From positions 32,001 to 96,000 of the forward strand of contig CBDCTZ010000015.1 in assembly GCA_965222375.1 (NCBI GenBank): a stretch of 64,000 nucleotides of DNA, in the 5' to 3' direction. The notes under the pieces are model-generated. The model made no database searches, was not told the DNA's origin, and saw nothing but the letters and a program-made list of their open reading frames with translations. Positions 10,452 to 20,304 of this stretch are shown here, piece after piece (positions within the stretch are counted from its first letter, which is position 1; every line of letters begins with the position of its first letter). A program made the position numbers and the translations under genes. Source of the DNA: Polyangiaceae bacterium (lineage in GTDB: Bacteria > Myxococcota_A > Polyangia > Polyangiales > Polyangiaceae).

Positions 10452-12101
10452 CTACGCAGGTGGGCGCAGCGCGGCGTCCACAATAGATTGCGCCTCGCGC
10501 TGGATCAGCTGCAGATGCTCGGCACCTTTGAAGCTCTCGGCGTAGATCTTGTAGATCGCCTCGGTGCCCGATGGCCGAGCGGCGAACCAACCGTTCTCAG
10601 TCACGACCTTGAGTCCGCCGATCGCAGCGTCGTTGCCCGGCGCGCGGGTGAGCTTTGCCGTGATGGCTTCCCCGGCCAGCTCCGTCACGGTGACCGCCTC
10701 GGGAGAGAGTTGCTTGAGCTGTGCCTTCTGCTCCGCCGTGGCCGGGGCGTCGATGCGCTCGTAGACTGGGCTGCCGAAGGTAGCTTCGAGGTTGGCGTAA
10801 TGCTCGGAGGGGTCCTTGCCGGTGCGTGCCAGGATCTCCGCCGCCAGAAGATCCAGGATGATTCCGTCCTTGTCCGTGGTCCAGACACCCCCATCCCGGC
10901 GCAAGAACGAAGCACCCGCTGACTCTTCGCCACCAAACCCGTAGCTCCCATCGAGCAGGCCATCGACAAACCACTTGAAGCCGACTGGGACTTCGGCGAG
11001 TTCGCGGCCGATGTCGGCGGCGACCCGGTCGATCATGCTGCTTGACACCAGGGTCTTGCCTACCCGTGCAGTGCGGGGCCAGTCGGCGCGATTCGTGAAC
11101 AGATAGGAGATCGCCACTGCCAGGTAGTGGTTCGGATTCATCAAGCCACCAGCGCGGGTGACGATGCCATGGCGGTCGTAGTCGGGGTCGTTGCCAAAGG
11201 CGACGTCAAAGCGCTCCTTCAGATCAATCAGACCCGCCATAGCGTAAGGCGACGATCAGTCCATGCGGATCTTGCCGTCTTTGTCGACGCGCATGAACGA
11301 GAACGTCGGGTCGACCGCCGGGTTTACCACTTCAATGTCGAGGCCGTAGGTCTCGGCGATGGGCGTCCAAAACCCCACGCCCGCACCGCCCATGGGGTCG
11401 ACGCCGAGAGACAGCTTTGCGTTGGCGATCGCGGCCATGTCCACCACGTTTTCCAAGTCGCGTACGTATGGGGTGACGTAGTCGTGCGCCTTCACGTTGT
11501 CTGCCGCGAGCGCGCGAGCCTGGGGTATGCGGACAACACCGGCCAGTTTGGCTGCGATCAGCTCATTGGCTCGATCCTGGATCGCGCGCGTGGTCTCGGC
11601 GCCTGCCGGACCGCCCGACGGCGGGTTGTACTTGAAGCCGCCATCAGCCGGCGGGTTGTGCGACGGCGTGATCACGACGCCGTCGGCGAGGCCGGCGTCG
11701 CGACCGCGGTTGTGGGAGAGGATAGCGTGGGATATCACCGGAGTGGGCGTGTAGCCGAAGCCGTCTTGGAAGCGCACCGCGACGTCGTTTGCGGCGAACA
11801 CCTCCAGCGCCGAGATGAACGCAGGCTCGGATAGCGCGTGGGTATCCATGCCGACGAAGAGCGGGCCGGAGATACCGCGTTCGTTCCGGTGCTCGCAAAT
11901 CGCCTGGCAGATGGCCAGGATGTGGGCCTCGTTGAAGCTGCCGACTGCCGAACTGCCACGATGACCCGAAGTGCCAAACGCGACACGCTCCGCGGGGTTG
12001 TCGACGTCAGGGGTGCGCGCGTAGTACGCCGCGACCAGGCGGGGAATGTTGACGAGGAGCTCACGCGGAGCGGGTTTGCCAGCTAGCGGATGCAGTGCCA
12101 T
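10452..12101 (-). CDS. pgm: Phosphoglucomutase interrupted by one in-frame TGA (11256-11258)
   Basis: [32 protein letters not shown]; the two ORFs join in frame as [13 protein letters not shown] (549 sense positions). Confidence 0.93.
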
Positions 12102-12257
12102 GGGCTGCGAATCCTACACCCGTGCGCCCGCGCCGACCCGGGAGCGTGCCACCGAGCCGCGACGTTACCGGAACAGCCACCGGGAACCATCAGTTCCCGA
12201 GTGGAAGTGTCGGTTCCAGGATCCCTCAGCTGCACGGGAAAATCCCGACAAGCCCGC

Positions 12258-12273
12258 TGGCATCCGAATTGCA
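12258..12273 (+). promoter_or_regulatory. Sigma54 -24/-12 promoter
   Basis: TGGCAT-CCGAA-TTGCA upstream of ATG 12286. Confidence 0.7.
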
Positions 12274-12285
12274 GCTACACTACCC

Positions 12286-14100
12286 ATGAGTTCGTCAAGC
12301 CGTTCCGTCATGCCGCATTACCCTCAGAGAGACCGAGTGCCCCTGCTTGCTGCGCTGGTCTCGGCACTAACGTGCGTGGCGGCCTGCGGAGACTCGGGCG
12401 ACGAGACCAAAGCGACGGGCGGCGCAAGTGCGTCGGGGGGCAACGGCGCTTCTTCGGGCAGCGGCGGTGGAGGAACTGGCGCGACCGGGGGCAATGCGGG
12501 CTCTCCGAGCGGCGGCAGCGGCGGCGTGGGAGGCGCAGCGGGAGCTGCGGGCGCTGGCAGCGCGATCTCCACGGGCGCCTGTCCAGCCGAGGGTTGTGGT
12601 TGCACGCACTACGTCGCGACCGATGGAAGCAAGTCGAATGACGGCCTGTCTCCGACAAACCCATGGAGCATCAAACACGCTTTCTCGTCGGCCGAGGCGG
12701 GAGACGTCGTGTGCATTGCCGCAGGTGATTACGGGAAGGTCTCGTTGGTCGTAGCGAATAGCGGAACCGAAGCGAAACCGATCCGCTTTTTCGGCTACCG
12801 CTCCGAACCAGGCGACGTGATCGATCTCGAGGGTCGTTCCACGTTCAGACGCGGCGACAAGCTTGATCCGAGCGCTATGCCCCTGCTCGACGGCGGCGAC
12901 GGCACCGGCAATGGGATTCAAATCCTCGATCGAGACTTCGTAGAGATCACAAACATCCAGCTCACGCGCTATGGCCAGGGTGTCGGCGCCCGGGGCGACA
13001 ATCTACGGCTCGAAAACGTCATCGCGGTGTCACTCGGCAACCAGACGGTCTACGAGCAGTACGACGGATTTGGCATCCGACTTCAGGGGGATGACGGGGT
13101 CATCACACGGTGCTTTGTGCAAGATGCCAATGCAGAAGCGATCAAGGTGTACGGCGCGAGGAACGCCGCCATCACCTTTTCGGACGTCTACGCGCAGAAC
13201 CCGGCCAATCCTACGGACTACTACTTCCTTCTGACAGGAGACACCCAGAACTCGGTCATTGAGGACAGCGTCGGCTATCGCGAACTCGGCCTGAAGCACG
13301 GCGGGCACGGCTTCGACATGAAGGACCAGGCCACCAACAACACGGTGCGGCGCTGCCGCGCAGTGCATACCAATTTTGAGCTCAATTTCAGCGGCGTACA
13401 CCACAACACCTTCGAGGACAGCGAAGTCGTCGGCGCCGACACTTCCCCCGGCGAGTGGCATGCCGTCATCGCCTTGGGCAACGGTGCGCACCACAACACC
13501 TTTCGCAACATCTGGGTGCACAAGGTTTGGACCGCCATCTCCCTATTCGACATGGACGACGGCTACGTTGGGCCGGGCGGGGATCGCGACGAGGTGGCGA
13601 CTAGTTCTGACAACACGTTCGTGAACATGCTGGTCACCGACGCCAATCGCGTGCTCAACATCGGCGGAGGCACTACCTACACCGCAAGCGGTGAGCGCAA
13701 CTACTTCTACAACAGCACCTTCCATAACATCGACAAGCTCGCTGTCACTTACTTCAAAAACGATGATACTCGCTTCGTCAACTGCGCGATCGACCAGGTC
13801 AACCACGCGAAGCTGTGGGGCGAGGCTGGGGGCGCGTATGCGCCCTACAGCAAGTTCAACGTCTCCTTCGACCACTGCAACTTCTCGAATGTCTCCTTCG
13901 CGCCGCCCTCCGGCACTGCTATTACGACCTATACCCCCGGGTTCGTGGACGCAGGCGGCGACAATTTCGCACTGAAGGCCAGCAGCGAGCTGATCGACCA
14001 AGGCAAAACCACGCCCTACGCCCACGACTTCGTCGGTACCACGCGTCCTCAGGGCTCTGGCTTCGACCTGGGGGCTTTCGAGCGCCCAAGCGCGAACTGA
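12286..14100 (+). CDS. Lipoprotein with right-handed beta-helix (pectin lyase-like) domain
   Basis: AACGDS lipobox, Gly linker, YVATDG..NDGLSPTNPW..AGDVV start, Asn-rich repeats, C-terminal DLGAFE. Confidence 0.78.
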   Translation: MSSSSRSVMPHYPQRDRVPLLAALVSALTCVAACGDSGDETKATGGASASGGNGASSGSGGGGTGATGGNAGSPSGGSGGVGGAAGAAGAGSAISTGACPAEGCGCTHYVATDGSKSNDGLSPTNPWSIKHAFSSAEAGDVVCIAAGDYGKVSLVVANSGTEAKPIRFFGYRSEPGDVIDLEGRSTFRRGDKLDPSAMPLLDGGDGTGNGIQILDRDFVEITNIQLTRYGQGVGARGDNLRLENVIAVSLGNQTVYEQYDGFGIRLQGDDGVITRCFVQDANAEAIKVYGARNAAITFSDVYAQNPANPTDYYFLLTGDTQNSVIEDSVGYRELGLKHGGHGFDMKDQATNNTVRRCRAVHTNFELNFSGVHHNTFEDSEVVGADTSPGEWHAVIALGNGAHHNTFRNIWVHKVWTAISLFDMDDGYVGPGGDRDEVATSSDNTFVNMLVTDANRVLNIGGGTTYTASGERNYFYNSTFHNIDKLAVTYFKNDDTRFVNCAIDQVNHAKLWGEAGGAYAPYSKFNVSFDHCNFSNVSFAPPSGTAITTYTPGFVDAGGDNFALKASSELIDQGKTTPYAHDFVGTTRPQGSGFDLGAFERPSAN

Positions 14101-14205
14101 CTTGGCCCTCTTCGATTCCGAGTCGAACCTCCGTGCCTGGCTCGGTCTACGCGGCCCAACGACTGGCGCCTCCGCAGTGAGTCGCTGCTGGATATTGCGC
14201 ATGCT

Positions 14206-15453
14206 ATGAACTGCTTCACCGTGCCTCGGTTTTGGCTGCTCGCGTTGCCTGGGCTCTTGGGCCTCGCGGCCTGCGGGCGCCTGTTGGATTTTTCCGAAGT
14301 CACCGGCGGCACAGCCGATGCAGGCGCCAATACGGACGCCGACACCGAAGCCGGGACCGGTGGCGACGCTGCCGCCAACTGCACTGGAGGGCAGACAGAC
14401 TGCGGCGGGCAATGCGTCGACTTGGCCAGCGACAAGAACCACTGCGGTGCATGCAACACTGACTGCGGTGGCGGGGAGTGCAGTGGATCGAAGTGTCAGC
14501 CCTTCGGTCTCTCCACGATCGAGTGCCACAGCGTCGTTCCCGATGACGCCGGGAACTTCGTCTACGTCACTCGCTACCGCGGCCCGGGCTCGGCCGACGG
14601 CGGCGTGTACAAGGTAGACCTGGCCACCGGCGATTCGACGGGATTGGCGCTCGGCTATGCGGGCGCAGCGTGGCTCGTGCTGGCCGGAGGCGCCGTATTC
14701 TGGACGACCGAGCTCACCGGCAGCAATGACCCACCACAAGCGGTCTGGCGGCTGGACCTCGAGTCGAGCGGCGCCACGCCGACACGAGTTTACCCGAACG
14801 CGGGAGATACGACTTCGCGGCGACCCTTCGGCCTCAGTGTTGACGACAGCTTCGTCTACTTCGCCGACAAGGACGGAGCTATCGGCCGCGCTCCGGTCGC
14901 GGGTGGCGACAGCGAGCTCTTGTACACGAACCTACCAGGCACGCCGTTGAATCTCGATGTGCTCGGTCAGTGGATCTATTACACGGAGCTGAATCCGACT
15001 CCCACTCCCGACGCCGTACGGCGCGTTCCTCTCGTGCCCACCTCGCCACCGGATCCGCCCGAGGATGTGCTGCCGGATCTCGAGGGCGCTTGGGGCGTCA
15101 TTGCACGAGACCTGCCCGCACCGGAAGGCGGCACGCGGCCGAATGTGTTCACCAGCGTTGCCGGTGGAGCGGTCATTGCGACTGGCAAAGCGACGACTGG
15201 TTTCACGACGACGACAGTCAGCAATCAAACCGGTGGGTCCGCACCGGCCGGAGCGGACATCACCTTGATTGGTGACCAGCTGTACTGGGCTACCAGATAC
15301 GGCATCGGCGGTTCGATTCAGAACTACCAGCTCGAGGTCATCGGTAACGCGACCGAGTTCGCTAGTAGCAAAGAACCCATCGGCATCGCCGCAGTTGGCC
15401 ATTTCTTGTACTGGTGTTCTCTGAAAGATGGGTTGACCCGCGCGCGGCTCTAA
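14206..15453 (+). CDS. Lipoprotein with Stig1-like Cys motif and beta-propeller
   Basis: LAACG lipobox; CGGQCVDLASDKNHCGACNTDC; VFWT/VYFAD/LYWA blades. Confidence 0.7.
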   Translation: MNCFTVPRFWLLALPGLLGLAACGRLLDFSEVTGGTADAGANTDADTEAGTGGDAAANCTGGQTDCGGQCVDLASDKNHCGACNTDCGGGECSGSKCQPFGLSTIECHSVVPDDAGNFVYVTRYRGPGSADGGVYKVDLATGDSTGLALGYAGAAWLVLAGGAVFWTTELTGSNDPPQAVWRLDLESSGATPTRVYPNAGDTTSRRPFGLSVDDSFVYFADKDGAIGRAPVAGGDSELLYTNLPGTPLNLDVLGQWIYYTELNPTPTPDAVRRVPLVPTSPPDPPEDVLPDLEGAWGVIARDLPAPEGGTRPNVFTSVAGGAVIATGKATTGFTTTTVSNQTGGSAPAGADITLIGDQLYWATRYGIGGSIQNYQLEVIGNATEFASSKEPIGIAAVGHFLYWCSLKDGLTRARL

Positions 15454-15495
15454 TTGCTGGTCCCACACAGCCCGGAAAACGCATCGACCGATCGC

Positions 15496-16824
15496 TCAAA
15501 TGCCGTGACGCGCCCGCAGCATGTTGAAATAGCGGCGCCCAACCCCCGCAGCCTGCGCTGCAGAAGACACGTCGCCGGAATGCGCCGCAAGTAATCGCTC
15601 CAAGTAGGCGCGCTCGAACTCGGCGACTGCTTCTCCACGCGCCAAAGCCAGCGCCTTGCCAGTCTCGAAGGGCACCTCCAAACGCTCGCTGGTTTGGGCG
15701 CGGTTGCCTGCTTGCGGACTAGGCGCTAACTCGCCGAGCGCCAGGCGCCGAGCCACGGCGTTTTCCAGCTCCCGCACGTTACCTGGCCAGTGATAGTCCT
15801 CCCAGGATTCGAACAGGTCATAGGGGATGGGCTGGTCCTGCCCGCCTAGACGATCCCAGAAGTAGCGCGCGAGCAGCGCCACGTCGCCGGGTCGCTCCCG
15901 AAGCGGCGGCAACTCGACCCGCGCAATGTTCAGGCGATAGAACAGGTCTTCACGAAATCGTCCCGCCTGCACTTCCAGGTCCAGGTCCCTCCGCGTTGCA
16001 GCCAGAATTCGCACGTCAACGCGGATCCACTCTTGCCCGCCAACCCGTTGCACCTCCGAGCGCTCCACGGCTCGGAGCAGCTTCGGCTGCAGCGCCGGCT
16101 CCAGGTCACCGATCTCGTCGATCAGCAGCGTACCGCCATCGGCTTGTTCGAACACACCCCGCCGGGACGTGCTCGCTCCGGTGAACGCACCCCGCTCGTG
16201 ACCGAACAACGCAGCTTCCACCAGGCTCGGCGCTACCGCGGTGCAATCGAAAACCGCAAGCGGCTGCTTGGCGCGTGGTCCGCTTTCGTGAAGAGCCTCG
16301 GCGACTACTTCCTTGCCCGTTCCCGTTTCGCCCTCGATGATGACCGGCACTTCCGACAGCGCCAGCCGCTCGAGCAGCGGATGCAGGCGGCGCATGCGCG
16401 GACTGCCACCAATCATTGGACCAAATCGGTCGCTCCCCGTGAGCCCCGGCGTCGGCTGGTCACCCACCTGGTTGACCCGGATTTGCGAGGAACCGACGCC
16501 GATGGTCTCACCTCCTCGCAGGAACCCGTCGTTCACCCGCACACCGTTGACGAACGTGCCGTTGGTCGAGCGCTGATCGACCAAGTGCAGCTCTGGGCCT
16601 TCCACGGACAGCGCAACATGGCGTCGCGACACCAGCGGATCCGTCAAGGTCAAAGCGCACGTCGCGCTCTGCCCGACCAAGAACTGTTGCGGTGCGGCAG
16701 GGTCGAGTTCCAACTGGGCACCCTTGTCCGGGCCTTCCGCCACATCCAAGACGAAGCGCGAGCTGCGCGGCAAGAATGCACCGAGGGATCGGCGTACTGT
16801 TGTCTCGTCTTTGCCCGACACCAC
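15496..16824 (-). CDS. FHA-domain sigma54-dependent enhancer-binding protein
   Basis: FHA (VSRRH, STNGT), GETGTGKE, GAFTGA, FREDLFYRL, WPGNVREL, Fis-type HTH. Confidence 0.95.
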   Translation of the reverse strand: MVSGKDETTVRRSLGAFLPRSSRFVLDVAEGPDKGAQLELDPAAPQQFLVGQSATCALTLTDPLVSRRHVALSVEGPELHLVDQRSTNGTFVNGVRVNDGFLRGGETIGVGSSQIRVNQVGDQPTPGLTGSDRFGPMIGGSPRMRRLHPLLERLALSEVPVIIEGETGTGKEVVAEALHESGPRAKQPLAVFDCTAVAPSLVEAALFGHERGAFTGASTSRRGVFEQADGGTLLIDEIGDLEPALQPKLLRAVERSEVQRVGGQEWIRVDVRILAATRRDLDLEVQAGRFREDLFYRLNIARVELPPLRERPGDVALLARYFWDRLGGQDQPIPYDLFESWEDYHWPGNVRELENAVARRLALGELAPSPQAGNRAQTSERLEVPFETGKALALARGEAVAEFERAYLERLLAAHSGDVSSAAQAAGVGRRYFNMLRARHGI

Positions 16825-16825
16825 T

Positions 16826-17665
16826 CTAGAACCGCCCTGATGCGCTCACTCGAAACCCACGGTTCCCCGGCGTACTCGGGCCGTGAGATAACACCAAATA
16901 GGATCCACTGGCAGCGCTGACCACTCCCACCGCCAAGGCGATATCCGAAAACAGCGCTTTCCTTTCGGCGGCATCCACGTCGCTCTGGTCGCACACGGGG
17001 GAGCATTCCTCTTTGAAGCCATCAAGGTCGCTCTTGGCGCTGAACCACAGCACGGCCGATGTACCCAATGCCACCGCGCTGACGCCCAGCAGCGCGTAGC
17101 CCAGGTACGGCGGGCTCTCGGCTTGGAGCGGGGCCCGTTTCGGCGGCTTCGACGCCGGCCCCGGCACTTTCACCGTGACCTTGCGACGAGTCTCACCCGG
17201 AACGGCCACGAAATCCTGATCGAGGCTAGCGCCCTCACCGTACTCGACTCGTAGCTCGTGCTTGCCGGGGTCGACCTCGAGGGCCGCACCGACCCAACCT
17301 CGCCCGAGGTCTTTGCCATCGAGCATGACCTTCGCGTCACTGCGATCCTGCCCTTGCTGATCCCGCACGACCAACACGACGCTGGGGATCTCACCCCGCA
17401 GCTCCATCATCCATTGGGTGCACTGGTTCGCGATCTCTCGCGGACACTGCGCCGCCGCGCACTGGCTCAGGGCCTTGCGAGCGTCGAGCAGCTTCCCGGC
17501 CAGCCGCTTTTCCTGCCCGCGTTCATGCGCCGCAATGCAAGCATCCAGTGACCCTTGCTTGGATGAACTCGTCGCACTCCCCTGCCCCGCTGCCGGGGTG
17601 GCGCCAAGACACAGTGCGGTGACAAGAAAGGTTGCGAGAGACCGGACTAGCGGCTGCCTAGACAT
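16826..17665 (-). CDS. Myxobacterial exported helical + PEGA-like domain protein
   Basis: Signal peptide, Cys-containing helical domain, VDPGKHEL, C-terminal hydrophobic segments; overlaps kinase 3' end. Confidence 0.65.
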   Translation of the reverse strand: MSRQPLVRSLATFLVTALCLGATPAAGQGSATSSSKQGSLDACIAAHERGQEKRLAGKLLDARKALSQCAAAQCPREIANQCTQWMMELRGEIPSVVLVVRDQQGQDRSDAKVMLDGKDLGRGWVGAALEVDPGKHELRVEYGEGASLDQDFVAVPGETRRKVTVKVPGPASKPPKRAPLQAESPPYLGYALLGVSAVALGTSAVLWFSAKSDLDGFKEECSPVCDQSDVDAAERKALFSDIALAVGVVSAASGSYLVLSHGPSTPGNRGFRVSASGRF

Positions 17666-19098
17666 TCGCGCTTCCAGCGTACCACGCCCCGCTCATCCAC
17701 AACGTAAGGCGGTTTGCAGTTGGCGCCGGCTGCGGGCTTTTTGGGCTGAGACGGCTTCGCCGTGACTTTGGGACGGGGACTCCCGCTCGCCACCGGCGGT
17801 TTTGCCTGCGCTGCGGGCTGGGACGCAGAAGGAGCAGGACTGGACGCCGTCGCACTTGCGACCGGAGCTGTCGCAGAGCCCACTGTCCGCAACGCGCTGG
17901 TTGGCGGTTCAACCGAGGCCGACGTCGACACCGGCCCTGCGGCTACCGAGGGCTCGGGCCCAGCAGAGCAGGAGCGGCCACCGATCAAGATCCCAGCACC
18001 CAGCAAAGCGGCAGCGCCAATACCCAGAGCCATCCCGCGCAGCGCGCGGCGCGGACGGCGCGAACGGTTGCTGTCCGAAGTGAGTGCCGTACCCGTGCCC
18101 TCGGCGGCGGGCGCCACCCCCATCGGAATACTGGGCGTCCCCGTTTCGACGCTGGAAACCTCTGCCGCCCGCTCATTGAGCACCTCGCCCGCCAAGGAGC
18201 GCACCCACGCTCCGACAACCGTCGCACTCCCCGGCGTGCACGCTGCTTCCAGAGCGTGCGCCATCTCCTCGGCATTCTGCCAGCGCTGCTTGGGCTCCCG
18301 CGCCAATCCCTTCATGACTACGGCGTCCAATGCTCGGGGCACGTCGGGCACCACCCGCGACGGTGGGTCGACGATGCGAGTCAAGACGCGATTGACCGCC
18401 GCCGCATCATTGCTGGCGGCAAACAAGCGCCGCATCGTGAGCAACTCCCACAGCATGACCGACGCCGCGAAGAGATCCGTCCGGGCATCAACTTCATCCG
18501 TGAGGATCTGTTCCGGCGCCATGTACGCCGGCTTGCCCTTGAGCTGTCCTTCGCGGGTTGCCTGCAATCGCCCCACCGCCCGCGCCACCCCAAAGTCGAC
18601 GATCCGCGGAACTCCATCCTGACCGACGAGCAGGTTTTGCGGAGTGAAATCTCGATGCACGATGTGCAGGGGTTGCCCGGTTTCCGACTTCGCACAATGC
18701 GCCGCCCGCAATCCATGCAGCGCAGGCACCATGATGCCGCTGATCACATCGAAGCCCGGACGGGCCCCGTCATGCACAGCTGCACGCATCAGCCGCGACA
18801 GAGACTCTCCATGCACGTAGTCCATGACCAACAGCACGCCTCGTTCGTCGACCACCACGTCCACCACCGAGGCCACGTTGGGGTGACGGATGCGTGCCGT
18901 GAGCCGGGCTTCGTCCAACAGCATCGCGACGAATTCGGGTTCCTTCGCCAAGTGGGGATGCAGACGCTTGATGGCGACGGTGCGTGCGAAACCGGCCGGT
19001 CCAGCCACGCGCCCGTAGTGGACCGAGGCCATCCCACCCGACGCGATTTCGCCATACAGGGCGTATCGCCCAATTAGTTGGGGCTCGGACTCGGACAC
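17647..19098 (-). CDS. Membrane Ser/Thr protein kinase
   Basis: IASGGMASV, VAIK, HRDFTPQN, DFG, YMAPEQ; TM and Pro/Ala/Ser-rich tail; GTG start inferred. Confidence 0.93.
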   Translation of the reverse strand: MSESEPQLIGRYALYGEIASGGMASVHYGRVAGPAGFARTVAIKRLHPHLAKEPEFVAMLLDEARLTARIRHPNVASVVDVVVDERGVLLVMDYVHGESLSRLMRAAVHDGARPGFDVISGIMVPALHGLRAAHCAKSETGQPLHIVHRDFTPQNLLVGQDGVPRIVDFGVARAVGRLQATREGQLKGKPAYMAPEQILTDEVDARTDLFAASVMLWELLTMRRLFAASNDAAAVNRVLTRIVDPPSRVVPDVPRALDAVVMKGLAREPKQRWQNAEEMAHALEAACTPGSATVVGAWVRSLAGEVLNERAAEVSSVETGTPSIPMGVAPAAEGTGTALTSDSNRSRRPRRALRGMALGIGAAALLGAGILIGGRSCSAGPEPSVAAGPVSTSASVEPPTSALRTVGSATAPVASATASSPAPSASQPAAQAKPPVASGSPRPKVTAKPSQPKKPAAGANCKPPYVVDERGVVRWKRECLGSR

Positions 19099-19255
19099 CA
19101 GCCTGGGATCGTACCCCTCGCCAGCGCCACGACCCAACTCAATGCCATCATCCTTTCGTCAGGCAGCTAACTTTCCGTTTTTGTTGGGTTTGGATGCCCC
19201 CCAACTGGAATCGCTCTGCACGGTCGCGGCGTGCTCGCTACGCTGCGCCGCCGCC

Positions 19256-19364
19256 GGCCCCCCTTACGCGGCCGCTGCGCGCCCGCCCGGGGGGCCAACA
19301 CGCGCCCCGGTTGCCCGAGCGCAACAAGGCCGCGCCCGCTACGCGCCCGCCCCGGGGGGCCAAC
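19256..19364. repeat. GC-rich intergenic direct repeat with hairpin (REP-like)
   Basis: CCGCT(G/A)CGCGCCCGCCC(C)GGGGGGCCAAC at 19272-19299 and 19336-19364; GGCCCCCC (19256) can pair with GGGGGGCC (19289). Confidence 0.5.
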
Positions 19365-19387
19365 CCTCAATCACGGCAACCCGCTTC

Positions 19388-20149
19388 TCACTCAGTGCCG
19401 CGCCGCTGTCGCATTTCCGCCAACTGTCGCCGCGCAGTTTGCGCGACACCCGTTTCAGCCACCCGGCGACGCCAGCCCAACTCGCTGTGCACCTTCAGGC
19501 CTTCGACCAGCGCGGCCTCGGCCTGCGCGGTGCGTCCGTAGCGACGCTCGAGTCGCGCCAGTAGCATGTAGTGAGTCAAACGTGGCGCACGTCGGACGAG
19601 CGTGGACAGCAATTCGAGGGCAACGTCCTGCTTTCCCTGCCGATAGAACGTCTCTGCGAGCTCTGGCCAGGCCGCGAAGTCTCGATACATCGGGGCATCG
19701 TCCACGACTTGGGTCAGCGAGTCGCTTGCAGCGTCCAGATCGTCCAGCTCCAGCGCACACACGCCGCGCCCGTAGAGAGCATCGTTATCGTGAGCGCGCT
19801 CGGCCAGTACGCCCTCGAATCCAGCTCGCGCCTCGCGATACTCTCCGGCGTCCGTCAATCCCTGCGCCAAAGCCAAGCGGTGAGCAATGCTCGGCGTCTC
19901 CTGGGCACGTCGTCGCAACGCGGCTACCGAGGGTGGCCGCTTCATGGACGCCGTCAGCCTCTGGCGCAATCCCGAGAGATCCGGCGCCCGGGAGCGAACG
20001 AAGATGAAGTACGCCAATGCGCCCCCAGGCACGATCGCGATGATCCAAAGCCAGTAGGTCTCGGCACGACGGCGGTAGGCGTCCGCCAACATCCAAGCGT
20101 TGAAGGCGACGACTGCTATCCCCAACAGGCGGAGCATCTTGTGCGGCAT
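19388..20149 (-). CDS. Membrane-anchored tetratricopeptide repeat protein
   Basis: Two N-terminal TM helices followed by TPR-like helices. Confidence 0.75.
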   Translation of the reverse strand: MPHKMLRLLGIAVVAFNAWMLADAYRRRAETYWLWIIAIVPGGALAYFIFVRSRAPDLSGLRQRLTASMKRPPSVAALRRRAQETPSIAHRLALAQGLTDAGEYREARAGFEGVLAERAHDNDALYGRGVCALELDDLDAASDSLTQVVDDAPMYRDFAAWPELAETFYRQGKQDVALELLSTLVRRAPRLTHYMLLARLERRYGRTAQAEAALVEGLKVHSELGWRRRVAETGVAQTARRQLAEMRQRRGTE

Positions 20150-20276
20150 ACGCCAAGGCCAGAAACTGCGCTAGCCACGAAGCGCCGACGCGGCCGCCGG
20201 GAACCGTGAGTTCCCACCTGGAGACAGGACTTCCCGCTTCGCCCCGCCTTCGCCACACAATCGACCCCAGAAAGTG

Positions 20277-20292
20277 TGGCACCTGTATTGCG
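20277..20292 (+). promoter_or_regulatory. Sigma54 -24/-12 promoter
   Basis: TGGCAC-CTGTA-TTGCG upstream of ATG 20305. Confidence 0.7.
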
Positions 20293-20304
20293 GTTTGCGC
20301 CACC

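Noticed and set aside
10452..11240. Separate C-terminal Pgm gene (naturally split pgm)
   Set aside because: No RBS before MAGL and the frame is continuous through a single TGA.
13543..14739. Long antisense and alternate-frame ORFs here and throughout the window
   Set aside because: Shadows of real genes in high-GC DNA, with no recognisable motifs.
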